20,000 nucleotides of DNA, from positions 47,126-67,125 of the forward strand of contig JAVECS010000001.1 of NCBI GenBank assembly GCA_051942165.1, given 5' to 3'. This document shows positions 1 through 12,449 of this stretch, in pieces. Origin of the DNA: Circinaria calcarea. Taxonomy: Eukaryota. Made by a program: the position numbers and the translations under genes. The stretch's first letter is position 1, and every line of letters starts with the position of its first letter. The notes beneath the pieces are model-generated. The model had not been told where the DNA came from, did no database searches, and worked only from the letters and a program-made list of their open reading frames with translations.

Positions 1-1048
1 AGTCCTCTTCACCGAAAGCCGGTGATTGATGGACAATGCCAACCCCGCTGTCAGAGGTCACATAGGTAGCATTGAAAACTCGAAAGCCGACATCCCTGAA
101 CTCCTCGTAGAAATAGTCAAACAGAGGCTCGTAAGTCCAGCCGAGCATGCTACTACCCTTAAATCGTTCGACTACGCTGAATCTGGCCTTCTTGGGGTCT
201 TTGTACAGTGTTTTTATTAGATTCTCCATTAACACATAGTAATTCCCGGACTGTTCATCCTTGATCTTAACGTAGTCAAAGTCCGGATGTACAGCAAGGC
301 TGGTATGCGCTGGCAATGTCCAAGGTGTTGTCGTCCAGGCAAGAAGGCATGTCTGCGGATCTTTAAGTAGCGGGAATGTCACCACTACCGCAGGATCTTG
401 GGTATCTTTATAATTCTCTTGCGCTTCAAAGTTACTCAGGGGAGTATTCAAGGCGGTGGAGTAGGGCATAACCCTATAGCCTTGATAGACGACGTTTTTG
501 TCGAATAACTGCTTGAAGACCCACCACACTGACTCCATAAAGGTAGTGTCCATGGTCTTGATTATCAAGTCAGTGAGACTTGATCACGATTATCAGAGGA
601 CCATTCTGAGCCACTTTACCTTGTAATCATTGTCAAAGTCGATCCAACGACCAAGACGCTCAATCGTCAGTCTCCATTCACTGGAGAATCTCATGACAAT
701 AGCACGACACTCCGCATTGTACTTGTCGATGCCCAGTTTCAAGACTGCCTGCTTTCCCGAGATACCCAGTTTTTTGTCGATTTCATGCTCTATAGGCAAA
801 CCATGTGTATCCCAGCCAAAGCGGCGTTCTACATAGCGACCCTTCATGGACCAGTACCTGGGAATGATATCTTTGATTGTGGAGGTGAGTAAGTGGCCGT
901 AATGGGGTAGACCGGTTGCGAAAGGAGGCCCATCGTAGAAAGTATATGCCTTTCTCCCCCGTGAAAGTTCTACCTGTCTCTCAAATGCATTGATCTCCTT
1001 CCACCCTCTTAAGACCTGCTCCTCCTCTTTGGGAAAATCTATAGACAT
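1..1048 (-). CDS. ILS1: Cytosolic isoleucyl-tRNA synthetase, 5' part (runs off the left edge). Exons 1048-620 and 556-<1; intron 557-619 (63 nt)
   Basis: Exon 1 has [16 protein letters not shown] (HIGH-type motif), [11 protein letters not shown] and WIDFDNDYK. Splicing GTAAAG..CTGAC..AAG joins it to [17 protein letters not shown], then to editing-domain motifs WTTTPWTLP and [15 protein letters not shown]. The frame stays open to base 1. Confidence 0.97.
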
Positions 1049-1065
1049 GGTTCACGCTATGCAGG

Positions 1066-1072
1066 TGACTCA
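1066..1072. promoter_or_regulatory. Perfect Gcn4/CpcA (cross-pathway control)-type site TGACTCA just upstream of the IleRS ATG. A second TGACTC core lies on the - strand at 1273-1278
   Basis: Exact TGA(C/G)TCA match in the 433-bp divergent ILS1/kinase spacer. Aminoacyl-tRNA synthetase genes are known Gcn4/CPC-1 targets. Function is inferred. Confidence 0.5.
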
Positions 1073-1481
1073 CTACCAAAGAAAGAACAATTTATGGACC
1101 GAAGTGGATCAACTTGAAGGTATTGCTGCAATGCATCAAGTATCACAGACGAACACGCACAACCGCACAGGTATACCAGAGACCCTTCGAAGATCCTGCG
1201 TTTGCTCTAGAGTATTTGGGGTTTTGCACGCTGCGACATTGGGTGGAGTAGATATTGGGAACGGGAGCGGTGGAGTCATCTACTCGCCTCGGGGAGGCTA
1301 GCAGCCCTACGAAAGAAGCTAGAATTTCGAGATTCATTAGCGCCAAAGCCTAATACCGGTAATCCCGCTTAGCGAGTGCCTTATGTACGTCGACGTACTT
1401 GATAGACGCCCCCCTTGAGCCCTTGTACGCGATGGAGGACTCTCCCACAACGTGATCGAGGCGTGCTCTGAACAGGTCGGT

Positions 1482-4400
1482 ATGGAAGATCATGGCGGAG
1501 AGAGTCAAAAACTGCCAGCTCCACCTCCGCGCCTTTTCGAACGTCTTGCGCAGCTCTCTGGCTACACATGGGATCAATCGACTCAACCGTTCCACTCAGT
1601 AAGTGCACCCCTTCCAATGTACCATACCTGTTGCACATGTGCTAATCTACATGCTACAGTCATATGATAACTGGCATGTTTTTGGCCTCCATCACTCGCA
1701 AGAACGGCCATCAATACCAATCGATTCCGTCCAAGGCTCCCCACTGCTTGGGCCCGCTACCAAAGCCGCTTCAAGCTATCGGGATGCGAGTACCAATGAC
1801 ACCGCCAGTGATACTTCAGGCCTGAGGCATGTGTCCGAACCGACATACACCCCAATTGTGGCTCGAATTTCGACCCACGCTCTACGACTCGAACGGGAAT
1901 ACCACTTGTGTAAATCACTCGTCCAAACTTCGGACCCAACGTGCGCTCACACGGTACGGCCGATTGAGCTCATCAAGCTTCCAAGCCAGCAAGGTGATTC
2001 CGGCGCAATCGTTGTTTCGATCTTTGAATCGCCCAGTCGCAACTATTTACAGGAGCTCGTGGATTTTGGACCTGCTTTCCCAGATCATAGGAACCCAAAT
2101 CATCAACAACAGGATGACGAACTGGGCGATTTCAGAAACCCGCGGGAACAATTTTCCTTGTCTCTGTTCCTTGACTTCGCCATCGGTGCAAGTGAATCCT
2201 TGGAGTTACTACATCATGGTTTGAAGGTTGTCCATGGAGAGCTCCGGGTCGATGCCTTCCATTTCAACCAAGAAACGGGTGTAGTGAAATTGATCAACTT
2301 TGGTTCTGGACCACGATCCTTTGAAAACGGGCTGACCAGTGCCGGGTGGCTGAGCTTATCTCGGGAGGTAGGAATAAAGAAGAAATTGCAATTTATCGCG
2401 CCAGAGCAAACTGGTCGTATGCCGGCCGAGCCAGACAGCCGTACGGATATCTATAGCTTAGGCGTCTTGTTCTGGACCATGCTTACTCAAGAGCCGGCGT
2501 TCGATGGAGAGACGCCGATAGATATTGTGCAAAGTGTTCTCAGCCGAAGAATACCTCCAGTGGCATCAAAACGTATGGATATCCCAGACGTCATCTCCAG
2601 TATAATTGAAAAAATGACCCGAAAACAAATCGACGAGAGATATCACTCCACAAGCGGTCTGAAGTATGATTTGGCAGAAGTACAGAGAATACTAATGAAT
2701 GGGGATGGGGATGCCCTACAAAAGTTTAAAATCGGGACGCGAGACGTTTCTTCATTCTTCGTGCTTCCTACCGCAATATTTGGTAGAGATGAGCAACGCG
2801 AAAGCATTGTACGAATCATTGAGAAAGTATCAAGACGCCAAACGACAACGACTTTACCCAAGCCGGGGACATATCATCTCAGTTCCACATCATCAACCTC
2901 GGATGGTCGCCCCCGAAGTCTGGATGAGAACATAAGCGACTCCGGCTCGCAGCCTGCAGAAACAGTGACAGAACCATCCTTTCTAGGAGCGGCAAACAAC
3001 GTCCACTTGGATTCCCAAGATTCGATGGAAAGTGTCAATACTGTAAACGGCCCTTCGCCTGAAGCCCACGAAAGTAGAGAGTCTCTGATTTCTAGTTCTG
3101 TCAATCGACCTCCACCACTTTTTAGTGAGAGTAACGATTCGTTGAATGAACCCTTAAACAACGGTGATGCAATGTCTACATCGAACACAGATGGTGTAGG
3201 AGCTGGCCCTCGGGAATCCATTACTAGCAGCGCGCAGAAAGATACTCTCGCAGTACCAAGACGAGTTGGTAGCCGGAAGTTCCACAGAAAAGGTCGCTGC
3301 GAGGTTATCGAGATCGTAGGGGCCGCTGGCGTCGGCAAATCGTCGCTAGTCCAAAGTGTTCAGGGAGAGATAAGACGACTTGGCTATTTTGCCAGCGGAA
3401 AGTTCGATGATGCACAAAAGGCCCCATTCGAACCTGTGCTCCGCGTTCTCAGTTCTCTATTTCGCCAAATATTTTCGGAGAGCGATGTCAACACTGAATA
3501 TCATAACCGCCTTCGCCAGAGTTTCAAGGGGATATGGCCCTCGTTATGTAGGATGCTAGACTTACCTAACAACCTGATATATGAAACTGGCGAACCTAGC
3601 CATCTCAAGTCCACTTCCGGTATTTCCCAATTAGGGCCTAAGAGAGCGAGCAAAGCAGAGACACTTGATACTTCATCGAAGAGTACCCACAGCGGCGTTT
3701 CAGGTGGGCCGTTATCTATGAGGCAACCCAGGGGAGCTGCTACAGCCCAGTCTATGAGGTTTATGAACACTTTTCTAGACGTCCTACGGATTCTCACATC
3801 TGGGAAGTTAATCTGTTTGTGTCTTGACGACGTAAGTTAGAAATATCTTTACGAAGCGGGGTTTCGTTGATGTCTCGCAGCTTCATTTTGCCGACAATGA
3901 GAGCATTGATTTGATTACGAATATAATTCTAGGCAAGCTCAGAATCGTATTGATGGTACGAACAAGTCTGGCCCAATGGAGGCTCAGCCAACAGGTGCTA
4001 ATTGCGTCGAAAGATTACTTGCCGCCATGATGAGGTTCTCCCAAGCAAGGTGAAAGCTGCATTGGATAGCGCTCAAGCTAACCTTACGAAGTTGGAGCTT
4101 GCCAACTTGAGTGAGAATGAAGTTGTCAGTTATATATCCGCAACATTGTATCGGCCCGCAGAGTATGTATTTCCCTTAGCAGCCGTCGCACTTGAGAAGA
4201 CAATGGGGAACCCTTTCTACTTGCGTCAGATGCTTGAAGTATGCCATCAGAAAAATTGTGTGTGGTATTCCTGGAAAGAGTGAGTCAACCTCTGAATTAG
4301 TCAAGTGGAGGATAGGTATAATGACAAAATTACCAGCTCGTTGTGGCATTTCGATCTAGATAGAATGTTTGCCGAGTTTGAAACAGAAACTTATGGACAA

Positions 4401-7400
4401 CAGCTCAATACGGGCTTCATCACCAGAAGGCTGCAGGAACAACTTCCGCCCTTAGCTCGCTCTATACTGGCCTGGGCATCCCTCTTGGGAAACACGTTCT
4501 CCTTCGCATGCATTCAGAGACTGCTCACTGGTGAATTTAACTACTCTGATGATCTAGCTCGAGACGCGCCTACATGTCCGACAAAGGCTGCCCTGTTCAC
4601 ACCCGACTCGCCCGATAATGCGGTCCAGGGTCTACAAGCTTGCCTACAAGCTTATGTAGGTTTCACTTTCGAGTCCATATTGCTTCAGAATTGACTATCG
4701 AAAGATTCTTGTTCCCGGCGAAGTGGATGATGAGTTCAGATTTTCGCATGATCGATACATGCAAGCATCAGCATCCCTCAGAGAATGTCATGATGTCGAA
4801 AAAATGCACTTCATAATAGGTTAGTTACTTTACCTTCTCCTGGAGGTCTTCGGCGCAATCCTCAATCCCGTTCTATTCCTGAGGGTGCTTGTGAGGACTC
4901 TCGTAATTTCTTGATCTTCCCCTCATCTTGTCTCCTAAGTAATATATACCGGGTCTGCTTTGCTTTGTATTTCCGTTGAAATTATAATCTCATACAAATC
5001 CTCGAATCTTTGAATGCTTACATGATTGTTTGTAGCGCAGACAATGGTCAAATATTTCAACGTAGACGAGCGCTCACAATATTCACGCGCAAGGCATATC
5101 TGCCAGGCCGCGAGACTATTAAGGCTTCGCGTTACGCATCGCAGTCGTTTCAGAAACATGCTGCTTGAAGCTGGAAAGCAGGCCGTCGAATCCGGAGCTA
5201 GGACTTCAGGACTTTCTTACCTTGAGAATTGTCTCAATTTGATGCAGCCCGACCCTTGGAACGATAACCTACCCGATGTATACTATAATGAAACCCTAGA
5301 TGTATTTACCAGAGCTGCGGAACTATATTGGTATCAAGGCCAATCGCCAGAGGCTCGTAAACTCATCAACTCCATACTCGCGCATGCCCGCACTGCGGCT
5401 GATAAAGCCTCATCTTGGATTCTACTGTCGCGGCTGTTGGCTCAGAAAGGTGACTTGTCAGCTGCCTTCGACACGCTTAAGGCGAGTTTGGCTGAACTTG
5501 AGCTCGATTTTGATGGGGAGACAACTTGGGAGGCCTGCGACGAGGAGTATAAGAGATTACACGAGGAACTAGCAAACATGGATATAGACGAATTGGTACA
5601 GATGTCAACAAGTGAAAATGTCAATGTAATTGCCATGGGATCTATCATGATGGAGGCAATGAGCGCTGCATATTGGAGCGATGCATTACTCTTTTATCAG
5701 ATGGTTCTGAAGATGACAGAGGTACATCTACGACGTGGGGCCTTCACCCAGGCCGGCCTAGCGTTTACGGAATTCGCAGTCGTCGAGATGAGCCGGTTTG
5801 GTAATTCGTCTTTAAGGATGTATACCGCGGGAATCCGCCTCCTCCGCCGATTTAATGACCCTTATACGCTTGGCCGCGGGCTTACCATATCCTTACTCTT
5901 CAACGCTCATCTCAACTCACCAATCCGAGATCACCTAAACGTATTCGAGGAAGCCATTGATCACACCCTTGCAGCCGGCGACAAGATATTATTTCTGATA
6001 GCTATCGGAGGCCTTGCTATCTCGAAGCTTTACCTGGGTCAGGACATGGCTGATCTTGAGTCCTTCTGTACGTACGCGCCGGATGACTTTGGCGACTGGA
6101 GTCACGACCTTCGAGGCGGATTAATCATCACTGCCGTAAAGCAGGTAGCTCGTTCTCTGCAAGGTAAGACCTTCAATTCAACCGGTGAGGTGATGTCCGA
6201 CAAAGACCATGACTCGAAGAAGTACATTCAGTCTGTGCGTGACCGCGCATCGAGTTCTGTAAGGCCAAGAGACATCTATTGCTCTGTTCAGATGATACCG
6301 CTCTACATGTTTGGCTTCTATGATGAAGCCATCGAACTAGGTAATGAACTACTGCTTACGATTAATGACTTATGGAGTATTCGGAATGCGCCCCTTATAT
6401 TATTCTATCTCTCTCTCTCATTGCTCGCCAAATACAGGGACAAGAGGGGTCTCCCAGATACTGATACATCGATCCTTGCCAAGGTCGCAGAATATAACAA
6501 AAAAATCAATCTTTGGCAGGTGGAAAGTTCTGTCAATTACCTCATGTGGTATTTGCTGGTTGAAGCTGAAGCGTGTGAGGTCGCTGGAAATTATGAAAAA
6601 GCAATACAGGCGTACGAAGATGCTATTGACCACACACAAATTTACGGGTTTGCTTTGGAGGAAGCCCTTGCTTACGAGCTGCAAGGTGCTTTCTACGCCA
6701 GGAGAGGCGCTAAACGAGCCGCTCGTGCCACTGTCGAAGATGCCATTGCTGCATATGCCCGTATCCGGGCTACTGGTAAGGTTGAGCAGCTTACGAGCAA
6801 GTATCAATGGGTACTCCAAACCACAAGCCGGCCAAAAAAGGATGTGGCTGTCCAAACGGCCAAGTCAATCGGGGACAATGAGAATACACAGTATCACATA
6901 GAAGAAAACGAACGTCAGGAGGTTCGCCATCTAGGCAAGGAAACCGCTAGCGATAGGACAGAGGCTTGGTTGAAACCCGGTGATGGGTCCAAATTAGACG
7001 TCAAAGGCCCGCAAATAGCAGATCTTGATCTGGATATTCTGGATCTACAATCTATTCTCGAATTCAATCACGCTATATCCTCTGAACTCCAGCTAGATCG
7101 CTTACTTGCAAAGATGACTCAAATCATACTGGAGTGCGCAGGGGCTGATTTCGCTGGCGTGGTGGTTCAATCCGAGGAGGGTGAAATGACTATGGCAGCC
7201 AGCGGGACGGTGGACGGAATCGTGGCTGATGCAGTTCCACTTATTGAAGTTGAGAGTGAAACTGTGAAGCAGGTCATCTTCTATACTTTGCGTTTCAAAG
7301 AAACTGTCTTTGTCCAGAATATACAACGAGATGAACGATTTTCTCCAAATGCCACGTCGCCACAAGCTGTCATATCACTACCAATCGTCAGAGGAGGTGA

Positions 7401-9461
7401 TCAGTTTCAATTGCTAGGCGTTCTATATCTGGTAAGATTAATATACCCTATGTCTCTCGGTGAGGTTGCTACCGCATGGTATATGTCAGGTACACTCTAG
7501 TGGAGGCCGCCTATGAGAGAGGAAGGCTCCCTTTTCAGAGGACCTGGTCTAACGGTTATAATAGGAAGGTCAAACGGACTCCTTTACGGCACGTACTCTT
7601 GGTGTGCTCCGCTTGTTCTGTAACCAAGTCGGTATTTCGATTGCGAACGCCTTACTCTTTAGACGAATACGAAAGTTTTCAGCATCTAATACCTCCATGA
7701 TTGAGTCTCAGAAAAGGGCCTTAGCGAAGGCTATCGAGGCCGAAAACAAAGCTAAAGTTGCCGAGGCTGAGGCTATCCGCAATGTACGGTTAAAGGAGGA
7801 AGCAGCCAAGGCGAAGTCTATGTTCTTGGCAAACGTATCACATGAGCTCCGCACGCCTCTGAATGGGGTAATTGGCATGTCTGAATTGATCAAGGGAACA
7901 TCATTGAGCCGAGAACAAGAGGGCTACGCTGATTCCATTCGGGTATGTGCCGATACGCTGCTGACCGTTATCAACGATATTCTAGACTTCTCAAAGTTAG
8001 AGGCAGGCAAGATGAAACTTTTCAGTGTGCCATTGAACCTTCGTGAAACCATAACCGAGGTTGTCAGAGCTCTTTCCTTTACAAATCTTGAACGGGGTTT
8101 GCGGACGATCGAAGATCTGGAGGATCTGGACCATGATCTCTTGGTCATGAGTGACCCAGTACGAATTCATCAAATCTTCATGAATCTTCTCTCAAACGCC
8201 TACAAGTTCACACCGGTTTCAGGTACAATTACAGTGAAAGCACGGAAAGAGAAAGAAGATGATAGATCCATCCAGGTTACATGCTCTGTTGCCGATACGG
8301 GCATAGGTATTACTCAAGAACAACTGAGCCGGTTATTCAAACCGTTTTCTCAGGCCGACGATAGTACGCAAAGAGCTTACGGTGGCAGCGGATTAGGTGC
8401 TTCAACCTTTCTTTCTTCAGCTTTCAACCGACACAGCTAATGGATCCAAAATAGGTTTATCAATCTGCAAAGCCTTAGTCGGGGTCTTGAAGGGGAAAAT
8501 ATGGCTGGAGAGCCAGATTGGCGTTGGGACAGTTGTTTCTTTCACCATCACGTTTCCAAAAGCCGTCAAGGGGGCAATCTCCAGCCGCACTTCATTCATC
8601 CCGGATACGGATCCAAGGGCCACCTGGTCAAGTGACACTGAAGTTCAAGGATTGCCAATCTCATCCATAATTGATCTTTCCAAGATTCCTCGAGACCAAA
8701 TCCGAATCTGTATTGCCGAAGATAACCCAATCAATCAAAAGATAGCGGTATCTTTCGTCAAGAAGCTTGGGTTCAAGTCCATTGCATATAATGACGGCAT
8801 GGCGGCAGTGGAAGGCCTCCGTCAGAAATCACGCGAAAATTCACCTTTTCATCTCGTTCTGATGGACTGCCAAATGCCAATATGTGATGGCTACGATGCC
8901 ACTCGCTTGATTAGGCAAGACGAGGATCCTGCAGTGCGTGGCGTTTTAATCATAGCCATGACAGCCTCTGCAATCCGCGGGGACCGGGAAAAGTGCCTGG
9001 AGGCTGGCATGAATAACTATCTTGCAAAGCCAGTCAGGGCAGCGGTACTCAAGAGCATGCTTGAAGAATATCTGAGTCAACCTACAAAGACTATAACCAA
9101 CATACAAGAAACGGCAAATGACTTGGCAAAGGCTGTCATTCAGGAGGTCAAAGCCAAGAAAAGCGAGAGCCAAGATAGGTCGCTAGCAAGAACCAGTCCA
9201 CTGAAGAACCCACCCTCCAAACCTTCCGGGCTGCTGTCACTTAGCATGTTGAAAGATCCGGCAACGTCCGCCGTTTTGCCTCTTCGTCGACAAAGTCTGT
9301 CGTACACTTCCTCGCCTGTAAGATCAATGCAAGGTTCCGTAGCCGACGATGAGCGAAGCCCGATTCAGAGAGATTTCCCTACCGACGACACCCAGAACCC
9401 AACTACCACAACCCATTCCTCGGACGACAACCATGCTCTAGCTAACGGGCACTACGATTGA
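1482..9461 (+). CDS. phkA: Group X hybrid histidine kinase (Chk1/PhkA/Mak2-3-like), ~2432 aa. Exons 1482-1598, 1660-3831, 3881-3955, 4014-4279, 4337-4655, 4705-4819, 5036-7431, 7565-8396, 8455-9461
   Basis: Kinase-like motifs HGELR, NFG, APEQTGR and DIYSLG. Walker A GAAGVGKS and Walker B CLCLDDLHFAD. GNPFY motif, a long helical region and a GAF domain. H-box [16 protein letters not shown]-box [15 protein letters not shown]1 DTGIGI and G2 GGSGLGLSIC (across an intron). REC motifs AEDN, LMDCQMP and KP. Eight GT-AG introns give 7299 nt = 2433 codons including the stop. Confidence 0.95.
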
Positions 9462-10043
9462 AACCAGCAGATGAACGATAAAGGTAATGCTAGTAGAGGA
9501 ACATGTCCCATTTCACTTCCATTATACACAAGTATTCACGAGCCACATATGGTCAGATCACTATGGGATTCATGGTAAGGCCGGGGTTGCATTTAGCGAC
9601 AGTGTTTTAGCTGGACTATCATGGGGTTTGGCAATTATGAGGCTAGAATCTTTGTTGCGAACGGGCTCAGTCTCCAGTCTGTGTTTACGCCCTACTCTGT
9701 AATTTTGCCGTTTCTGTATATCCGGTGGGCCTTGCATTGCCATTAGAATGGATCATCACCTATCTCTAGAAAAGGCTTAGGGATTCCAAGAGCTGGGATT
9801 CTGTGATTGCATAAACTGTACATTATTTTTCCTTCAGAGAATGCATACTTAAACTTATACGCTGATGCAATTCATGATGTTTTGGAGGGCGTCGACTTTG
9901 TTGAGCCGGAACTTCAGATACGTTGGTATAAATAAAAGACCCATCCAGAAGGGAAACCTGCAGAGTACCTGTATTTTTCAGCGCAAACCGCATGCTGAGC
10001 TGCTTCCGAGGCTTCGCTACCACTCATCCCTTACCTCCGACGT

Positions 10044-10075
10044 AAAGAAAAGAAAAAAGAAAAAAAATTATATAT
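10044..10075 (+). repeat. A-rich tract (AAAGAAAAGAAAAAAGAAAAAAAA) followed by TATATAT
   Basis: Directly visible low-complexity poly(dA)-like tract, followed by ~160 nt of C/T-rich sequence. Confidence 0.6.
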
Positions 10076-11250
10076 CATGCAACACAGAGCACCGCCCTTG
10101 CTTTGATCCTCCCCTACCTCAGCTTGAAATTCCCTCCAACTAAAACGTTGTCACATCCGACCTCCTCCGTTTGACAATCTTTTACCTCTCATCTTTCAAC
10201 GATCAGCCAGACCTTTGAGCTTCCTCATACCTCCATCCCCCCGACATGCTCACCGCATACCTCCACATTCTCCGTGACCTGTCACTCCCTCCAGAAGCTC
10301 TATTATCTATTTACTCCAAGGATCTGACGGGGAAGAGGTTCGCATGCAGCGTTTACACCGGTTCGGAAAACGACAGGCTGGACAAATCCCACGGGTGGGG
10401 TTTAATGGGACGCTCTATCCAAACAAAGATGAAAATGAGGTGTCTCGATACACTGCATATTTAGGTTTGGAACTCTGCCAGCCCCAGCCAGAAAACCCCC
10501 CCTTAGCAATATTTTCCCTGAATTTCACTCCGCAAACAATAGCAAGGTGCGGACGGTTTCTAACGCCTCTTGCCTGGGTTCCAGCAACTTCTTGCATCCT
10601 TTAATCACCTTTGCTTTGTTGGGGGTAGGGGGGGTAAATATCCTACAGTTGCCCATCCACATATGGAAGTTTAGGAAGAGAAACGCAAGAATAGGGGGAA
10701 GATTTGCTAAAATTTGCCTCGAGGCGAATAGAGTATCCAAGGGATTTGACGAGATTCGAGCACTCCGGCTGAAGTATCTGGACCGTCCCTTGAGCCTGTG
10801 CTTACCAATTTTCGGGCATGTACAACGGGAACTCCTCTATTACAGAAGTACAACCAACAGCCGTTGCAGAAACGAGACATCACATCTACCATCGGAACAC
10901 ACAAAGCGTAGTGATTGCTACACAAGTAAAGTATGGAGTAGGTTGGCAAAGCACGATGACACTGTAACATATTATAAACTTAAATACATATCTTTTCCAT
11001 CGTGCTTGGTCCAATCACTTTTCCTCTCGCCTCCTTCGCTTTCCACGGGTTTTAAGGGACAAGTTAGCGATACCTGCTCGCCTATGCTTATCCTCTATAG
11101 GAAGTAACTATCATAGATAGTACATGTCCACACCCAGTCGGTATGTCTTCTGGGATTTCAGCATCGATTAGAAGCCGTTCTTTCGAGCCCGAAGGTGTCA
11201 TTAGGCCATAGCCATGACCAATACTATAAGACAATTTTCACTCACTCACT

Positions 11251-12449
11251 TTAAGACTTTGCTTCAATGCTTTTCTCCTTCTGTGTTTCCACTGCTAAGC
11301 CTCGGAACTTGAGCATTGCCGTATCCACTCCGCTCCACTGTCTAATCATCTTCTGTACGCCATCCGGCATGACTGCCAACCATGGGACCCATCGTGCGTA
11401 GGCTGGCTCAGCGAGACAACCTCCTCTTCCTTCATCAATCATCTTTACAAGCTTTAATGCAAGCTTCTGAACTTCGACAACAGGGCCAAAGAAGTTGGCT
11501 ATCAATCCCTGCTCCACGCCATTGAACATGTCCGTAGATAGTTGACCTGGGGTCACAAGGATGGTTTTTATATTCGGATATGATTCCGAGAGTTCGGCGG
11601 AAAGGGAAGAGTGGTAGGCGATTAAGGCCGCTTTCGAAGCGGTATATGCCGAGAGGTGGGATGCACCCAGGTGTGCAAGGACAGACGAGATTGTAACAAT
11701 AGTCCCACCATCCGCCCTTGATAGAAGAGGAGGTAGAAACAATGAATTGAGTCGGAAATGGGACAGAGTGTTGACATTGAACATTCTATGAGGCTTATCA
11801 GTAAAGATACATTACAGGCGCCTATACAGGGGGAATGACTTCTCGGCATCTTCCGGCTTCAGATTAAGGAATCGCTTTCCATCGACGGTTGCTGCGTTAT
11901 TGATCAAGATGGTAGGCACACCAAGCTATTGGTTGTCAGTATGGCATGCTGAAGCCCGCTAGCCTTGCAATCGGAGAGCCTCACCTCCTCGTTGATTTGA
12001 GCCCAGGTTCTCTTCAACGCTTCTCCGTCGCCAACGTCGCACGTATAGAAATGCGCATCGCCGACTTCTTCGGCAGCGTCTGCCGTCTCGATATCAATTA
12101 CCGCTACCGTGGCACGTCTCAAGGTATATATCTCCGCTATACACTTTCCCAACCCGCTCCCTCCTCCAGTGATAACAACGATTTCCTCGTTCAAGTCAAC
12201 TCCCCTCGGTTTCCCGTAGGCAATTCGCTGGCTTAGAGGAGAGATGATATTGAGGAAAGTGATGAAGATGGCCCAGCCCGTGGTGGATCGAAATTCAACC
12301 GAGCCGTAGCTATAGGCGAGAGAGCGCATACACAGCGGCAGCATCCAGACCACAAAGGGATGGAAGACGGTGACTTTGAGGGCATCGAGAATCAGGTCAA
12401 TGGACAGATGCTCGTACCATCGCCTATCTGGGACGTTTGCGTAAGACAT
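11251..12449 (-). CDS. Classical short-chain dehydrogenase/reductase with N-terminal hydrophobic segments (Tda5 / retinol dehydrogenase / 17beta-HSD11-like), ~361 aa. Exons 12449-11985, 11925-11840, 11785-11251
   Basis: TGGGSGLG cofactor motif, TCDVGD, ILINNAA, catalytic Ser region (TISS) and YTASK (YxxxK). Introns 11926-11984 (GTGAGG..CTGAC..TAG) and 11786-11839 (GTCATT..CTGAT..TAG) give 1086 nt = 362 codons including the stop. Confidence 0.92.

Noticed and set aside
4819..5040. Possible [D1,2] stwintron in the long kinase intron (G|GTTAGT ... AAG|TAATAT)
   Set aside because: The reconstituted donor would be poor and would delete the AQ of HFIIAQT. A simple phase-1 intron fits.
1757..9173. 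Many antisense and alternate-frame ORFs (60-185 aa) overlapping the kinase, and similar ones over the other genes
   Set aside because: Shadow ORFs of real coding sequence with no recognisable motifs.
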